This document shows, one piece after another, positions 30,998-40,878 of a stretch of DNA of 64,000 bases. The stretch comes from Nitrospirales bacterium (GTDB lineage: Bacteria > Nitrospirota > Nitrospiria > Nitrospirales > UBA8639): positions 512,001 through 576,000 of the forward strand of contig CBDCWC010000003.1 in the NCBI GenBank assembly GCA_965223295.1, in the 5' to 3' direction. The translations under genes and the position numbers were made by a program. Position 1 is the first letter of the stretch. Every line of letters starts with the position of its first letter. The notes under the pieces are model-generated. The model was not told the origin of the DNA, made no database searches, and saw only the letters and a list, made by a program, of their open reading frames with translations.

Positions 30998-31241
30998 GAT
31001 AAAATTGAATATTCACGAGGCTAAAACCCATCTTTCCCGCTACCTCGAAAAGCTGAAAAAAGGGGAAACCATTGTGCTCTGCAAACGCAATGAACCCATT
31101 GCGGAGATTCGACCATTGCCCGTTCGGTCACACCGCAAACGTCCTATTGGCTTAGCCAAAGGACAACTTTCGATTCCTAAAGGATTTTTTGACCCCCTCC
31201 CCGAAGAAATCATTCAGGCCTTTCATGCTCAGTCATCATGA
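30996..31241 (+). CDS. Phd/YefM-family antitoxin
   Basis: NIHEAKTHLSRYLE...GETIVLCKRNEPIAEI...FFDPLP. Confidence 0.93.
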   Translation: MIKLNIHEAKTHLSRYLEKLKKGETIVLCKRNEPIAEIRPLPVRSHRKRPIGLAKGQLSIPKGFFDPLPEEIIQAFHAQSS

Positions 31242-31624
31242 ACCTGCTATTGGATACTTGCACGTTTCTCTGGATCGTGACCGACGACGATGCTCTTTCA
31301 CCAGAAAGTCGAAAGCTGATTAGCGATCCCACCAATGAAGTTTTTTTAAGTGCCATATCGTTTTGGGAAATTATGCTCAAAAACTCATTGGGGAAACTTC
31401 CGCTCCCGACCCCATTAGAACAATTTCTTTCTACGCAACGTGCACGGCATCATATTGAAGCCCTCCCTGTACAAGAAGAAGCTACGGTCCATTTACCCAA
31501 ACTCCCTGCTCTACATAAAGATCCCTTCGATCGCATGTTGATTTGCCAAGCCATCCAGCATGAACTCACCATTCTCACGCCCGACCCCTTAATCACCCAA
31601 TACGCCATTCGCACAGTCTGGTAA
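31238..31624 (+). CDS. vapC: PIN-domain toxin VapC
   Basis: LLLDTCTFLW, SAISFWE, HKDPFDRMLICQA; ATGA overlap with the antitoxin. Confidence 0.93.
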   Translation: MNLLLDTCTFLWIVTDDDALSPESRKLISDPTNEVFLSAISFWEIMLKNSLGKLPLPTPLEQFLSTQRARHHIEALPVQEEATVHLPKLPALHKDPFDRMLICQAIQHELTILTPDPLITQYAIRTVW

Positions 31625-31679
31625 ATTTTCACTTACGAATCTGTCCTCAGATATGAGGACCATAAGCTTAAAATGGAGT

Positions 31680-32521
31680 TTAAGTAACGGACGCTTGTTC
31701 GAGATGAGATTGAGAAGGAGTCCAACCAGTGAGTTCGCGAAACGCAATGGATATGACGGCCACTTCAACTGGAGTAAAAAGAAACTGCACAAAAGGCGGA
31801 AGAAAAGCACTGAACAACGGAAATTCCGAAAACCCGATGAAGGGCAACAGATTTCCAAGGTTACCCACGGTCATTGGAAGAAACCCCACCAAAAAAATAT
31901 TTGCCAGGCGTTTGCTTTTGTCTGCTTCCACGACCACTCTGGGTTTGGGGCTCGATCAATAGCAATAGCTGGGAAGATTAGAATCCCTCTGCCAAACAGG
32001 TACCAAAAAGGAAAAAGAAATCCCCCGTATACAAGGGACCACCCAATTAATGTTTTTTCCCAGGAACCTTCTGAGAATATGTCACTTATTGGATACCAAA
32101 AAATGGCTGCTAATATGGTACCCGGAAAGATTAGTAATACGAACCCTAAAGAGCATACGATTTTAAACATCCATCCAAAATACTTAAGTTCCCTTTCTGT
32201 GAAAAAGGGAAATTTATTGAGGGTTTCTACGTGGGAAAGAAGGAATATACGGTGGCAGTAAACAGCTAGCAATGCGAATACAAAGAGGCTTGAAATCTGC
32301 GCCAGAAAATCTATTGCAATAAATAACAACGCCATGAGTCCATCATCTTTTTCCATATGCTCATATACGGCAACTAAGTCGCCGAATCCCGCAAGAATCG
32401 CACCCACACCAATCCACCCCCAAAGGACTCGACGAGAGTCCCACGCAAACCCTAGAGCTTCACGAATCGTCGCCCAAACGGGAAGTTTTTTCTGAGGTTG
32501 GCTTAGGATTATTTCACTCAT
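31680..32521 (-). pseudogene. Polytopic membrane protein (paralog 2), frameshifted in an A7 tract
   Basis: ORF 31871-32521 joins ORF 31680-31937 if the A7 at 31891-31897 were A8 (WQIFFLVGFLPMTV...TPVEVAVISIAFRELTGWTPS). Confidence 0.75.
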
Positions 32522-32541
32522 AGCTTTAATTCAGTGTAAAT

Positions 32542-33459
32542 CTAAATTGGTAAACTCTTTTCCACGCTTTTATGGTCCGAATGGGAAGGCGTCCAATTCG
32601 TGAGTTGACGAAAGGCATTTGAGAGTATTGCTACTTCAATGGGAGTAAAGAAAAACCAAAGGAAAGCCCAAAGAAATGAATCGAGGAAGGCAATTTTTTG
32701 GAGTCCCCATAAGGCTAAAAACTCCTACCCCATCCCCAAGATGATGGGAATTCCACCAATTAATATAGCTATTTTCCAGCCATGCCCATTCGTTTTTTCC
32801 CAAGACCATTCTAAATGCTCTCGCCAAGACCACTCTGAGCCGTCTTTCTCGTAAACTGCGAGGGCCGAACAAGCAAAACTGAACCGTCCAATTAAGTAGA
32901 AAAACAGGGGGAAAACCGTTACATAGGAAATGATATTTCTCCATACTTAATTCTCTATAAAAAGGCCCACTATCAATTGGCCAAAAAACAACACCAGCCA
33001 AGCCCCTATATACACCAGAAGGATAAAACAGCCAAAATTTATTTGTTTTATTCCATAACGAGACAATTTCTCAGAGGTGAAATTGCCAAAGAAAAATGAC
33101 AACATCCTAGATTCTCTTATCCAATCGATAAACAATTTTGCATATTGATCATTGGTATTTCTCATTAGCATAAGGCAATAGCAGGAAATTGCCAGAGATA
33201 CAAAAACTTCTATACTCACAAGGAAAAGAGAAAGCTGAATGAAGCTTAGCAATACACTGAAGACCTCATGTAAATCTTTTTGGGAGCCAGGAAAGGGAGA
33301 AAATTCGTCAAGCCATAGTTGTAATCCTCCCAAGAATGAACCCAGAAGGACTCCACGCTGAAGAGTGGCCCAATGGTTTTGCCAAAATTCAACCGCTTCT
33401 CGAAACGTCGCCCAAACGGGAAGTTGTTTTAGAGAAATATTTTGGTCTACTTCATTCAT
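32542..33459 (-). pseudogene. Polytopic membrane protein (paralog 1) with two in-frame nonsense codons
   Basis: A single frame from MNEVDQ...LPVWATFREA to TPIEVAILSNAFRQLTNWTPS...SLPI*, interrupted by TAA (32947-32949) and TAG (32725-32727). Confidence 0.8.
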
Positions 33460-33633
33460 AGAGAGCACACCATTAACAACATACAAAGATATTTACTGTG
33501 ATCTACTCACTTATCGGCGGAGAGTGATACACCCATAGACAGGAGATAAGAACTAGCGTTACTGGGCAGGAAAATGATGAAATATAAGCATGATTTTCCA
33601 TTTTCCCCTGGCAGAAATGATGAGGAAGGAAAA

Positions 33634-33657
33634 CGGCTCGGGTGTTTGCCCGAGCCG
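33634..33657 (-). terminator. Intrinsic terminator after VIT-vWA gene
   Basis: Minus strand cggctcggg-caaaca-cccgagccg followed by TTTT. Confidence 0.75.
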
Positions 33658-33679
33658 CCTAAGAACAACAACTTTACAA

Positions 33680-36151
33680 CTATGTCACAGCTGGTTGCAG
33701 AGTTACATAGCGAACGATGGATAGCTTGGCTAACGCTTCTAATTGTTCGGGAGTCACATACCCGATGACCATGTGACCTGATTTGGGTTGTGCCACTAAT
33801 TTGAAGCCCAACTTTTTTAATTGGGACAGGGTCTCTTCTTTGTTATCTGTCAGCCAAACCTGGATCATAATTTTTCCATCATGAACCTTCGCAGACTCAT
33901 CAGGTGAAAAACTCTTTCCTTCCTTCCTTTTTTCCACCAGGGCCAATAAGAACGTATCTAATTTTGATTTCGGTTCATGACTCCCTATCGTGGAACGATC
34001 TTCTTCCAACTGATCTGCCATAGCTGGGGCCCTACTGTAGGCTTCTTGCGCCACGACCCCATTCATCACACTCTGCTTCATTTTAGCTATAGGTCGCATA
34101 GCGAAACTTCGCGCTGTTTTTACTTCGTGATCATCTCGCCCAAAGATTCCCTCATAGCTCACACCGCCTGGCAGTTCAACGGGCACTTCCACCCGCCGTG
34201 GTTGTCCACCTTCCGTGATGATCAGTTCTTCAACAGCGACAAATGAGGTAAATTGGGTCATCAGCCGATAGTCCAAACCTAATTGAGTAATGGCTTCTTT
34301 GATGTTGGCTCTGGTCGTTCCCTGCTGAATGCCGTTGTAATCTTGCGCCATCAAATCGGCGACTTTTGTGCGGGCCCAGAGGGTCGCTAAGACATCATGG
34401 TCAGGCTCAAAACCAGGAAAGACTACCTCAATTTTTCGTACCACCGGATGGCCAGCCACTTTGCCCTGTAATCGAATAGTGCCTTTTCCTGGCGTCATAT
34501 ATTGTCCAGTGACAATTAGTGGCTTGGCGCTGAATAGGTCAGGCAACCGCTTTGGGTAGACTTCCGACACATCTAGATCGTCCCAATCCACTGAAATATC
34601 TGTCAGCAGCGGATGTTGCACTCGTTGGTGAAAGCGGCGCGCGGCCGCCGAGCCATCATCTTGCAGCCCCACATATTCCACTTCACCACGACCATGCTCC
34701 GCCATTTTGTCCAACAAAAAACGATTAACGCTGGAACCAATGCCAAAGGCAAAGACTCTTGCATTGGAATGTTTTTGGATTTCCTCAACGATGGCCATAT
34801 CATTCCCGATATACCCATCCGTCATAAAACAGACGATTCTCAGATGTTCCTGAGAGTCGCTCGGATCTAACGCCGCACGAATCGCTTTCATCATTTCCGT
34901 GCCACCTCCACCTCTGCGGGATTCCAAAAACTGTTGTGCCTTCCGCACATTCACTGGCGTGGCTGGTACAGGTTCGGCAAACAAGATCCGCGTGTCCCCG
35001 GCAAAAGTAATGAGATTAAACGTATCCCGCGAGTTGAGCCCATCCATGGCGAGGCGCATGGTCTCTTGGGCTTTATCGAGTGGAAATCCCGACATAGACC
35101 CTGATGTGTCCAAAACAAAGACGAGTTCCTTCGGAGTGACGGCATCCGTCTTGACGCGATCCGGTGGCTGCAAGAGAAGGGTAAAGAATCCCTCTTTGCC
35201 ATTCCGATGCGTCAAAATCGCGTCACGAATATCTTCTCCGGCCACTGTATAGGTCAGGATAAAATCTTTATTAGGAATCGTGGCTTCTTCTTTGAGATGC
35301 ACATCAGCCTGAGAATCGTTCGAACTGGTTACCGCAATCTTGTGGGTGGTTGATTGAACATGGTGAATCGGCACCCCCGCATCAATCTCCACGGACAATG
35401 ACAGATCATGCCCTGAGCGTGTGCCTGGCTTCAGAACAGGCGGGGTGATATGTGAGGCGTCAGGAACTTGATCCGTATCATATGCCCAACCACCCCCTAA
35501 TGCCTGTGTTGGTGGCTCTTGTGCTACAGGTTGCCCCGGGATGTAGCGAGGTCCCACCACCATGGGGAACATGACCGAATACGTTCCACCAGCATAGGAC
35601 AAGGTCTCTACGTAACTGATCGTAATCGATATCTGCTCACCTGGCAGAATATTGGCTACGGACTGGGTAAAAATATTAGGGCGCTCCTGATCCAAGAGAC
35701 CTGCCATATTCCCACGACGTTTGGCCGCTTCATAAATGGCTCGGGCTTCCTCCCGTTTTTTGATCTTTCCCTTCACCACCCGATCGCCAACCGTCAATGT
35801 CATATCATCGACCGCCGCATTCTGCGGTAGTGGGAAGGTATAAACGGCTTCGATTTTGTCGGAATACGGATTTTCGAATTGTTGGGTCACCTGCGCCCGT
35901 GCAAGCGGCCCACTGATTTGAATAGCCACATCGGTGTGTTTGAGTGGAAAGGCCTGAGTTGGCTTTCCCTCTTCATCTAACCCAACTAATGCACCTGATT
36001 CGCTGCCCTCCCACTCAGTACTAGCATGAGCAACCGGACCAGGATTTACTCCAGACCCCGTCAACCCTAAACTCGAAAGAGCCAACACTCCTAGCAAACC
36101 ACCACCCAAGGCGCAGGTAACAACTTTCTTTCTACAATTTTTGACGATCAT
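33680..36151 (-). CDS. Exported VIT + vWA domain protein with extra C-terminal domain
   Basis: VIT motifs (VTQQFENP, EAVYTFPLP, FTQSVANI), MIDAS DTSGSM, FMTDGY; signal-like N-terminus; GGAGG RBS before ATG 36151. Confidence 0.9.
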   Translation of the reverse strand: MIVKNCRKKVVTCALGGGLLGVLALSSLGLTGSGVNPGPVAHASTEWEGSESGALVGLDEEGKPTQAFPLKHTDVAIQISGPLARAQVTQQFENPYSDKIEAVYTFPLPQNAAVDDMTLTVGDRVVKGKIKKREEARAIYEAAKRRGNMAGLLDQERPNIFTQSVANILPGEQISITISYVETLSYAGGTYSVMFPMVVGPRYIPGQPVAQEPPTQALGGGWAYDTDQVPDASHITPPVLKPGTRSGHDLSLSVEIDAGVPIHHVQSTTHKIAVTSSNDSQADVHLKEEATIPNKDFILTYTVAGEDIRDAILTHRNGKEGFFTLLLQPPDRVKTDAVTPKELVFVLDTSGSMSGFPLDKAQETMRLAMDGLNSRDTFNLITFAGDTRILFAEPVPATPVNVRKAQQFLESRRGGGGTEMMKAIRAALDPSDSQEHLRIVCFMTDGYIGNDMAIVEEIQKHSNARVFAFGIGSSVNRFLLDKMAEHGRGEVEYVGLQDDGSAAARRFHQRVQHPLLTDISVDWDDLDVSEVYPKRLPDLFSAKPLIVTGQYMTPGKGTIRLQGKVAGHPVVRKIEVVFPGFEPDHDVLATLWARTKVADLMAQDYNGIQQGTTRANIKEAITQLGLDYRLMTQFTSFVAVEELIITEGGQPRRVEVPVELPGGVSYEGIFGRDDHEVKTARSFAMRPIAKMKQSVMNGVVAQEAYSRAPAMADQLEEDRSTIGSHEPKSKLDTFLLALVEKRKEGKSFSPDESAKVHDGKIMIQVWLTDNKEETLSQLKKLGFKLVAQPKSGHMVIGYVTPEQLEALAKLSIVRYVTLQPAVT

Positions 36152-36352
36152 AACTTCCTCCATTGATTCCACGGCCCCATGCCGCTTCATCAGAGGAGAT
36201 GGCACCACATCACAAATCCTTTCAGGATAATGCTGAAAAAATTCTCGGCCTAAAATTGGTGGGGTTTTGTTGATATAATCTGGAATGCTCTTTCTTTCCT
36301 GCAGTTTTCCCTCTATTCGACAGAAAACCCGCACGAAGGACAGGAGCCCTTG

Positions 36353-37051
36353 ATGAAATATCTTTTAATCGTTTTATCCACATTGTTGCTTTCGGCCTGC
36401 ACTTCAAGCCGTGGATTCGACCGCGGGGAACTGAGAAGTCATATTGTAGAGCAAAAAGTCGTGACGGAAGAAGACATCCAGAAAGTGCTTGAGTTACAAC
36501 CGCAACTACCTCGACCATTCAATCTAGCTCTGTACTTTTCCTCACCTTCACAAACTAGATGGCGCGCTGAAAAATCTTGGAATTGGAGCGGAGAGGATAA
36601 AGATGTGTTGCTTGCAGTCAAACAAGGTCTCAAGGACAAAGGTATTGTTTCAGATGTAGTTCCCTTGAATGATTCTATTTTGGAGGGCCATGACCTCAAA
36701 GCCATTCGGCTCGCCGCGGCCAGGGCAGGAGCTGATGCGGTTCTCGTCCTTCATGGAGTCAGCGATGTCGATCGGTACAATAACAGCCTGGGCATGACTT
36801 ACTTGCTTATTGTCTCAGCGTTTTTCATTCCGGGTACCGAGGCCAACGCACTCTTCATGGTCAACGCCTCCATGTGGGATGTCCGTAACCAATACCTCTA
36901 TATGTCAGTCGAAACGGAAGGACTGGAAGATGAAATTCGTCCAGCGTACTTTATCGACGAGGAAGAATTACTTCAGGATGCCAAAACAACTGCTCTCGAT
37001 AACCTTACCAAGGAAATTTCCAGACGATTAGAAAGGATGGCGAACAAGTAA
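36353..37051 (+). CDS. Lipoprotein (rhombotarget-lipoprotein-like)
   Basis: Lipobox LSAC; IRLAAARAGADAVLV, YLLIVSAFFIPG, WDVRNQYLY. The family call is by resemblance only. Confidence 0.75.
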   Translation: MKYLLIVLSTLLLSACTSSRGFDRGELRSHIVEQKVVTEEDIQKVLELQPQLPRPFNLALYFSSPSQTRWRAEKSWNWSGEDKDVLLAVKQGLKDKGIVSDVVPLNDSILEGHDLKAIRLAAARAGADAVLVLHGVSDVDRYNNSLGMTYLLIVSAFFIPGTEANALFMVNASMWDVRNQYLYMSVETEGLEDEIRPAYFIDEEELLQDAKTTALDNLTKEISRRLERMANK

Positions 37052-37136
37052 AGACAAAAATATATTTCATGTAGGGCGAGCTTTTCATTTCCCTCAAACC
37101 GCCAAATGACCTGATAAACCAGACCCTTCTTACCTC

Positions 37137-38612
37137 TTATTGTTGAAGAGGAATATCCACACGAAGCGGCTTGCCTGAGATGCCACCAGACCGAACCACA
37201 TAGACGGTCTCCTTGGTGCGCTCAATCTGAAGACCTGACATGTTGATAGTCTTCCCCAGCCATGGGCCAAGATTCTTTAAGGGTCTTGGAGAAAACAACA
37301 CCCTAATGGAAGACACCACTAACTTCTCCATTCTATTGGTGACTACTCCCAGACGAAATTCTTTGGTTTGATGAGGTTCAACCGAAAATTCATCTTGCGT
37401 GACCTCGCCAGCCACCCGAGTCGTATGAGCAAGTCGCTGCCATTGCCCCCTCCCTACGGGCGCCAGAACATAGAGAAATCCAGGCTGGTTGGGTTCAATG
37501 GTGAGTCGGACATTCCCCCAAGATCCCTTGAATTGGAATCCATCACTAAATTCCTTTTCTTGCCCATTTGTTTCCTCCACAAAGCTGTACCGAATACCCA
37601 TAGCCCTTTGAATAACCTGTTCTTTGGCTGCACTTTGCCCTTGAAGAGGCTTGGAGCCTTTCTTTTTCGCATTGGAACCTTCCGCATCGGCATTCACGGA
37701 ATGACTGTCATTTCTCGATTGTCCAGGAGCGGCATAAAAGAGATCCAGAGCTCCCGGTTGAGATGATGATTCTTCACGAGCAGCCTGATCCGCTAGTGAC
37801 TCCTGACTGGGGGTGAGAAGAGGGGACGGCGGGACAGCGACCTCAGCAAAATCTGTCCCGGCCACCGCCGGAATCGGTGGATCACCCGGTGGCTGGTTAG
37901 ACTCTGTCGACATGTCTGGAGCTTGAGAGACCTGCTCCAATAACCTCACTGGCGGTGAATTACTCTTGAGTTCATTCTTCACGCGCCTTTCCTTCGTTTC
38001 CTCTTTTCTAGCTGGCTCATAACTTTCTACTCGACTCGCAAGGTTGGCCTTATCAGTCTTCGATTCAGCTAAAGGAACAGATGTCCGAGCAGATTGAAGC
38101 TTCTCGTCACTTCGTCTGGCTTTATCATCCTCCTTCTGTAACGCGACGGCAGACTTCTGTTTTTCTACTTTTGAAGGCTGGGGATTTTTGGCAATGATAA
38201 TATCTCTCTCAGAAGATACTTTTTTCTCTGGCTGAGCCTCAGGCCGCTCTTGTTGTTGATTCTCGCTCACCACAGGGCCCCAATCTTTTTCCATTTGCCA
38301 CCCAAACATGAACGCTAGGCCCATAGCAGCAAGACTGCCAACCCAAGCCAGATAGGATGGTTGGCGAAACCAACTCATTCGTGAGCTTTGGGAAGACGAC
38401 GCTTCTTGAAAATTCTCCGTCGCGCGAAGGCTGGTCAGGATTCGTTGTCGAGCCTCCGAATCGGCTAACAAGGCTTTTAACGACTCTTCATCAGCCAACA
38501 CATCAAAAATAGCTTGATCATGAAGAGCGGCATCAAACAATTGATGCTTTTCTTCCTCCGACAGGGTATCCGTGGCGTACCCACCAAGGATCTGTTCCCA
38601 AGACTTTGACAT
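37137..38612 (-). CDS. Putative membrane-spanning anti-sigma factor with periplasmic C-terminal (DUF4384-like) domain
   Basis: Translationally coupled to the ECF sigma gene; N-terminal LGGYATDTLSEEE helix, one TM segment, charged linker, C-terminal VRLTIEPNQPGFLYVL. Confidence 0.7.
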   Translation of the reverse strand: MSKSWEQILGGYATDTLSEEEKHQLFDAALHDQAIFDVLADEESLKALLADSEARQRILTSLRATENFQEASSSQSSRMSWFRQPSYLAWVGSLAAMGLAFMFGWQMEKDWGPVVSENQQQERPEAQPEKKVSSERDIIIAKNPQPSKVEKQKSAVALQKEDDKARRSDEKLQSARTSVPLAESKTDKANLASRVESYEPARKEETKERRVKNELKSNSPPVRLLEQVSQAPDMSTESNQPPGDPPIPAVAGTDFAEVAVPPSPLLTPSQESLADQAAREESSSQPGALDLFYAAPGQSRNDSHSVNADAEGSNAKKKGSKPLQGQSAAKEQVIQRAMGIRYSFVEETNGQEKEFSDGFQFKGSWGNVRLTIEPNQPGFLYVLAPVGRGQWQRLAHTTRVAGEVTQDEFSVEPHQTKEFRLGVVTNRMEKLVVSSIRVLFSPRPLKNLGPWLGKTINMSGLQIERTKETVYVVRSGGISGKPLRVDIPLQQ

Positions 38613-39169
38613 TACCCCACCGTCTCCTTATTTGGTCTAGGTCTTTTTCCCTGTAGAGAAATCGTCTCCCATTGGCCGCCCATTAACACCAGCAGTTCCT
38701 TACGACACCGCGAATCCCATGCATAGATCGTATTAATGGACTGCTCCCCCAACACCTGCTGAATCTCAGGAAAGGAATAGCCTTCCATTTTCAAGCGAAA
38801 CAGCCTTCGACAACGTTCGCCCAGTTGCAGCAACGAGGTAATTAGATGAGTCACCCGCTCTTTTTGTTCGGCTTGCGCGGCTGGATCATCTCCCGGCTCA
38901 ACAAGTGGATAATCATCCACCGACTCCTGGTTGTATTCCCCCCGCCTTAACATTTTTCGGTGCCGGTCGAGCATTTTATAACGGAGAATTTGAAATGAGA
39001 GGGGGACCAACTCCGTCAATTCTTCAACGTGGGGATATTTTTCGTGCAGCACCACCATGACATCCTGAGTGAGATCTTCGGCTACTTCCCTTGAACTACG
39101 AGATGTCGCAAACGCCACAATCCTTTCACGCAACTGTTGTAAAATCTCTTCTCGCTTTATCCTTGCCAC
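38612..39169 (-). CDS. ECF RNA polymerase sigma factor
   Basis: AEDLTQD in region 2; LGERCRRLFRLKMEGYSFPEI...SRCRKEL in region 4. Confidence 0.9.
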   Translation of the reverse strand: MARIKREEILQQLRERIVAFATSRSSREVAEDLTQDVMVVLHEKYPHVEELTELVPLSFQILRYKMLDRHRKMLRRGEYNQESVDDYPLVEPGDDPAAQAEQKERVTHLITSLLQLGERCRRLFRLKMEGYSFPEIQQVLGEQSINTIYAWDSRCRKELLVLMGGQWETISLQGKRPRPNKETVG

Positions 39170-39311
39170 TTAGGTTCCTTCAGTATGTTAACGCTTCGAG
39201 CATTCCACTTGCCGACCTTATCCTAGTCTACCATTTTAAAACACAATGCCAGGTTTGAGACGTTCTCTATCTACACACTACCCTCAACGAACGCTAAAGA
39301 GAAGAGAATCT

Positions 39312-39791
39312 TCAAAGTGAGGTCAAATATACAGCAATCCCCAGAACGGTCAAACTGCATAAGAGAATAGCACGCTGGATCCACACGACCTTGCCGGAAA
39401 ACAGCAAAGGTGCTGTCTCGGTCTCTTGGCTCTTTCCGATCGCTCCATAAGGATCCAGGATGAGATCATGAACGAAGATCAATCCACCCACAATGGCAAA
39501 CACAAAGAGTTTGAACATCATGATCAAACCCCAATTGGTTTCAATACGGGCTGAGCCGCTTTCATCAAGTAATTGAGACGCCCCCGTAAAAATAAGGGCC
39601 ATCAGACTCACCCAGCCAACCGTCTTGAAACGTTGCCCCATTTTTCTGGCCATTTCCAAACCCTCTTTCGACGGTTTCTTGGTTTTGCCTTCTAGAAGAC
39701 TGGGTCTCACCGCTAATTGAAAAAATAGCCACCCCCCGATAAATGTGATGACGGCTAATAAATGTATCCAGGTCACGACAGACGCAGCCAT
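39312..39791 (-). CDS. CopD/DUF4149-like membrane protein
   Basis: WIHLLAVITFIGG, LIFTG, KL...VHD; four TM segments. Confidence 0.7.
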   Translation of the reverse strand: MAASVVTWIHLLAVITFIGGWLFFQLAVRPSLLEGKTKKPSKEGLEMARKMGQRFKTVGWVSLMALIFTGASQLLDESGSARIETNWGLIMMFKLFVFAIVGGLIFVHDLILDPYGAIGKSQETETAPLLFSGKVVWIQRAILLCSLTVLGIAVYLTSL

Positions 39792-39982
39792 ATCTCCACT
39801 CCGTTTACATGCGATTAGGACAACGTCCCCAATCATACCCACTAGTCGGGAGAAAGACTACTGTCTTAGCATAAAGTGCTTGGGAATTTTCTTTCAAATT
39901 TTTCGCATCATGGCGCACTTCCAGCAATAGGCTTTAGAATGGTTCCTGATATGTTCAACTATTTTTCTCAGGAGACCTCTCA

Positions 39983-40645
39983 ATGAACCAGCGATTTGAC
40001 ACAATGCCCTGTCGTCTTATTTTTTGGTGTATGACCTTGATGCTCCTTACAAGTGCCAATTTTTCGTCTTCTCTGACGTGGGCTATCGAACAGGATCAAA
40101 TCCGTTGGGACAAAAAATACGCGACGGAAAAGTATCTGTTCGGTCAAGAGGCGATCCCATTTTTGCAGGAGCATGTTGATTTGCTACCTCAAGGCCAAGT
40201 ACTAGACCTAGCAATGGGAGAAGGACGCAATGGAGTCTTTCTCGCAACCAAAGGGTTCACTGTCACCGGAGTAGATATTTCGGCGGAAGGGCTCAAAAAA
40301 GCGTCCGCTCTGGCAACTAAACGTCATGTTGCGATCACAACGATTGTCGCCGATCTTGATACATATGAAATACCGCCAAATACATTTGCTGTCATCATCT
40401 GCACGTACTACTTCCAACGTGATTTATTTCCCAAAATTGTGGCCGCGCTGAAACCTGGCGGCATGGCTCTGATTGAAACCTACACGACAGATCACCTCCA
40501 GTACCGCCCTCGATTTAACAAAGCCTGGTTATTGAAACCCAACGAACTCCTAACCATCCTCCCTGGCCTTCGGATTCTCCGCTATCAAGAAGTAAATGAT
40601 GGCCATGCCGCCTTTGCCAGCATCCTGGCTCAGAAACCACAATGA
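39983..40645 (+). CDS. Class I SAM-dependent methyltransferase (TehB-like) with N-terminal signal-like segment
   Basis: RWDKKY, VLDLAMGEGRNGVFLA, VDIS, LKPGG, LKPNEL. Confidence 0.88.
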   Translation: MNQRFDTMPCRLIFWCMTLMLLTSANFSSSLTWAIEQDQIRWDKKYATEKYLFGQEAIPFLQEHVDLLPQGQVLDLAMGEGRNGVFLATKGFTVTGVDISAEGLKKASALATKRHVAITTIVADLDTYEIPPNTFAVIICTYYFQRDLFPKIVAALKPGGMALIETYTTDHLQYRPRFNKAWLLKPNELLTILPGLRILRYQEVNDGHAAFASILAQKPQ

Positions 40646-40721
40646 CAGGGCAATATCTCAACGGCCCATTTCCCAAACGATTTCATTTCTCCCACTCTCC
40701 GTCATTCTCATTTCCTACGCT

Positions 40722-40749
40722 GTCATTCCCGAGAAAGCGGGAATCCAGG
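40722..40749. repeat. ATTCCC-N8-GGGAAT palindromic REP (dRS3/RPE-like)
   Basis: gtcattcccgagaaagcgggaatccagg; second copy at 54663. Confidence 0.8.
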
Positions 40750-40878
40750 CCTCATCTCGGCAAATGGATACCCACTAACAACTTGGGGGAATACCAAAAA
40801 TGTAAAGGTTGCAGCTTTCCTGAATCTTCCGGTACCCTTGCAGCTCACTCTGACCCCTATGACATATCATCAATTGTT

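Noticed and set aside
31653-32261. 202-aa basic plus-strand ORF
   Set aside because: Antisense shadow of the hydrophobic minus-strand pseudogene.
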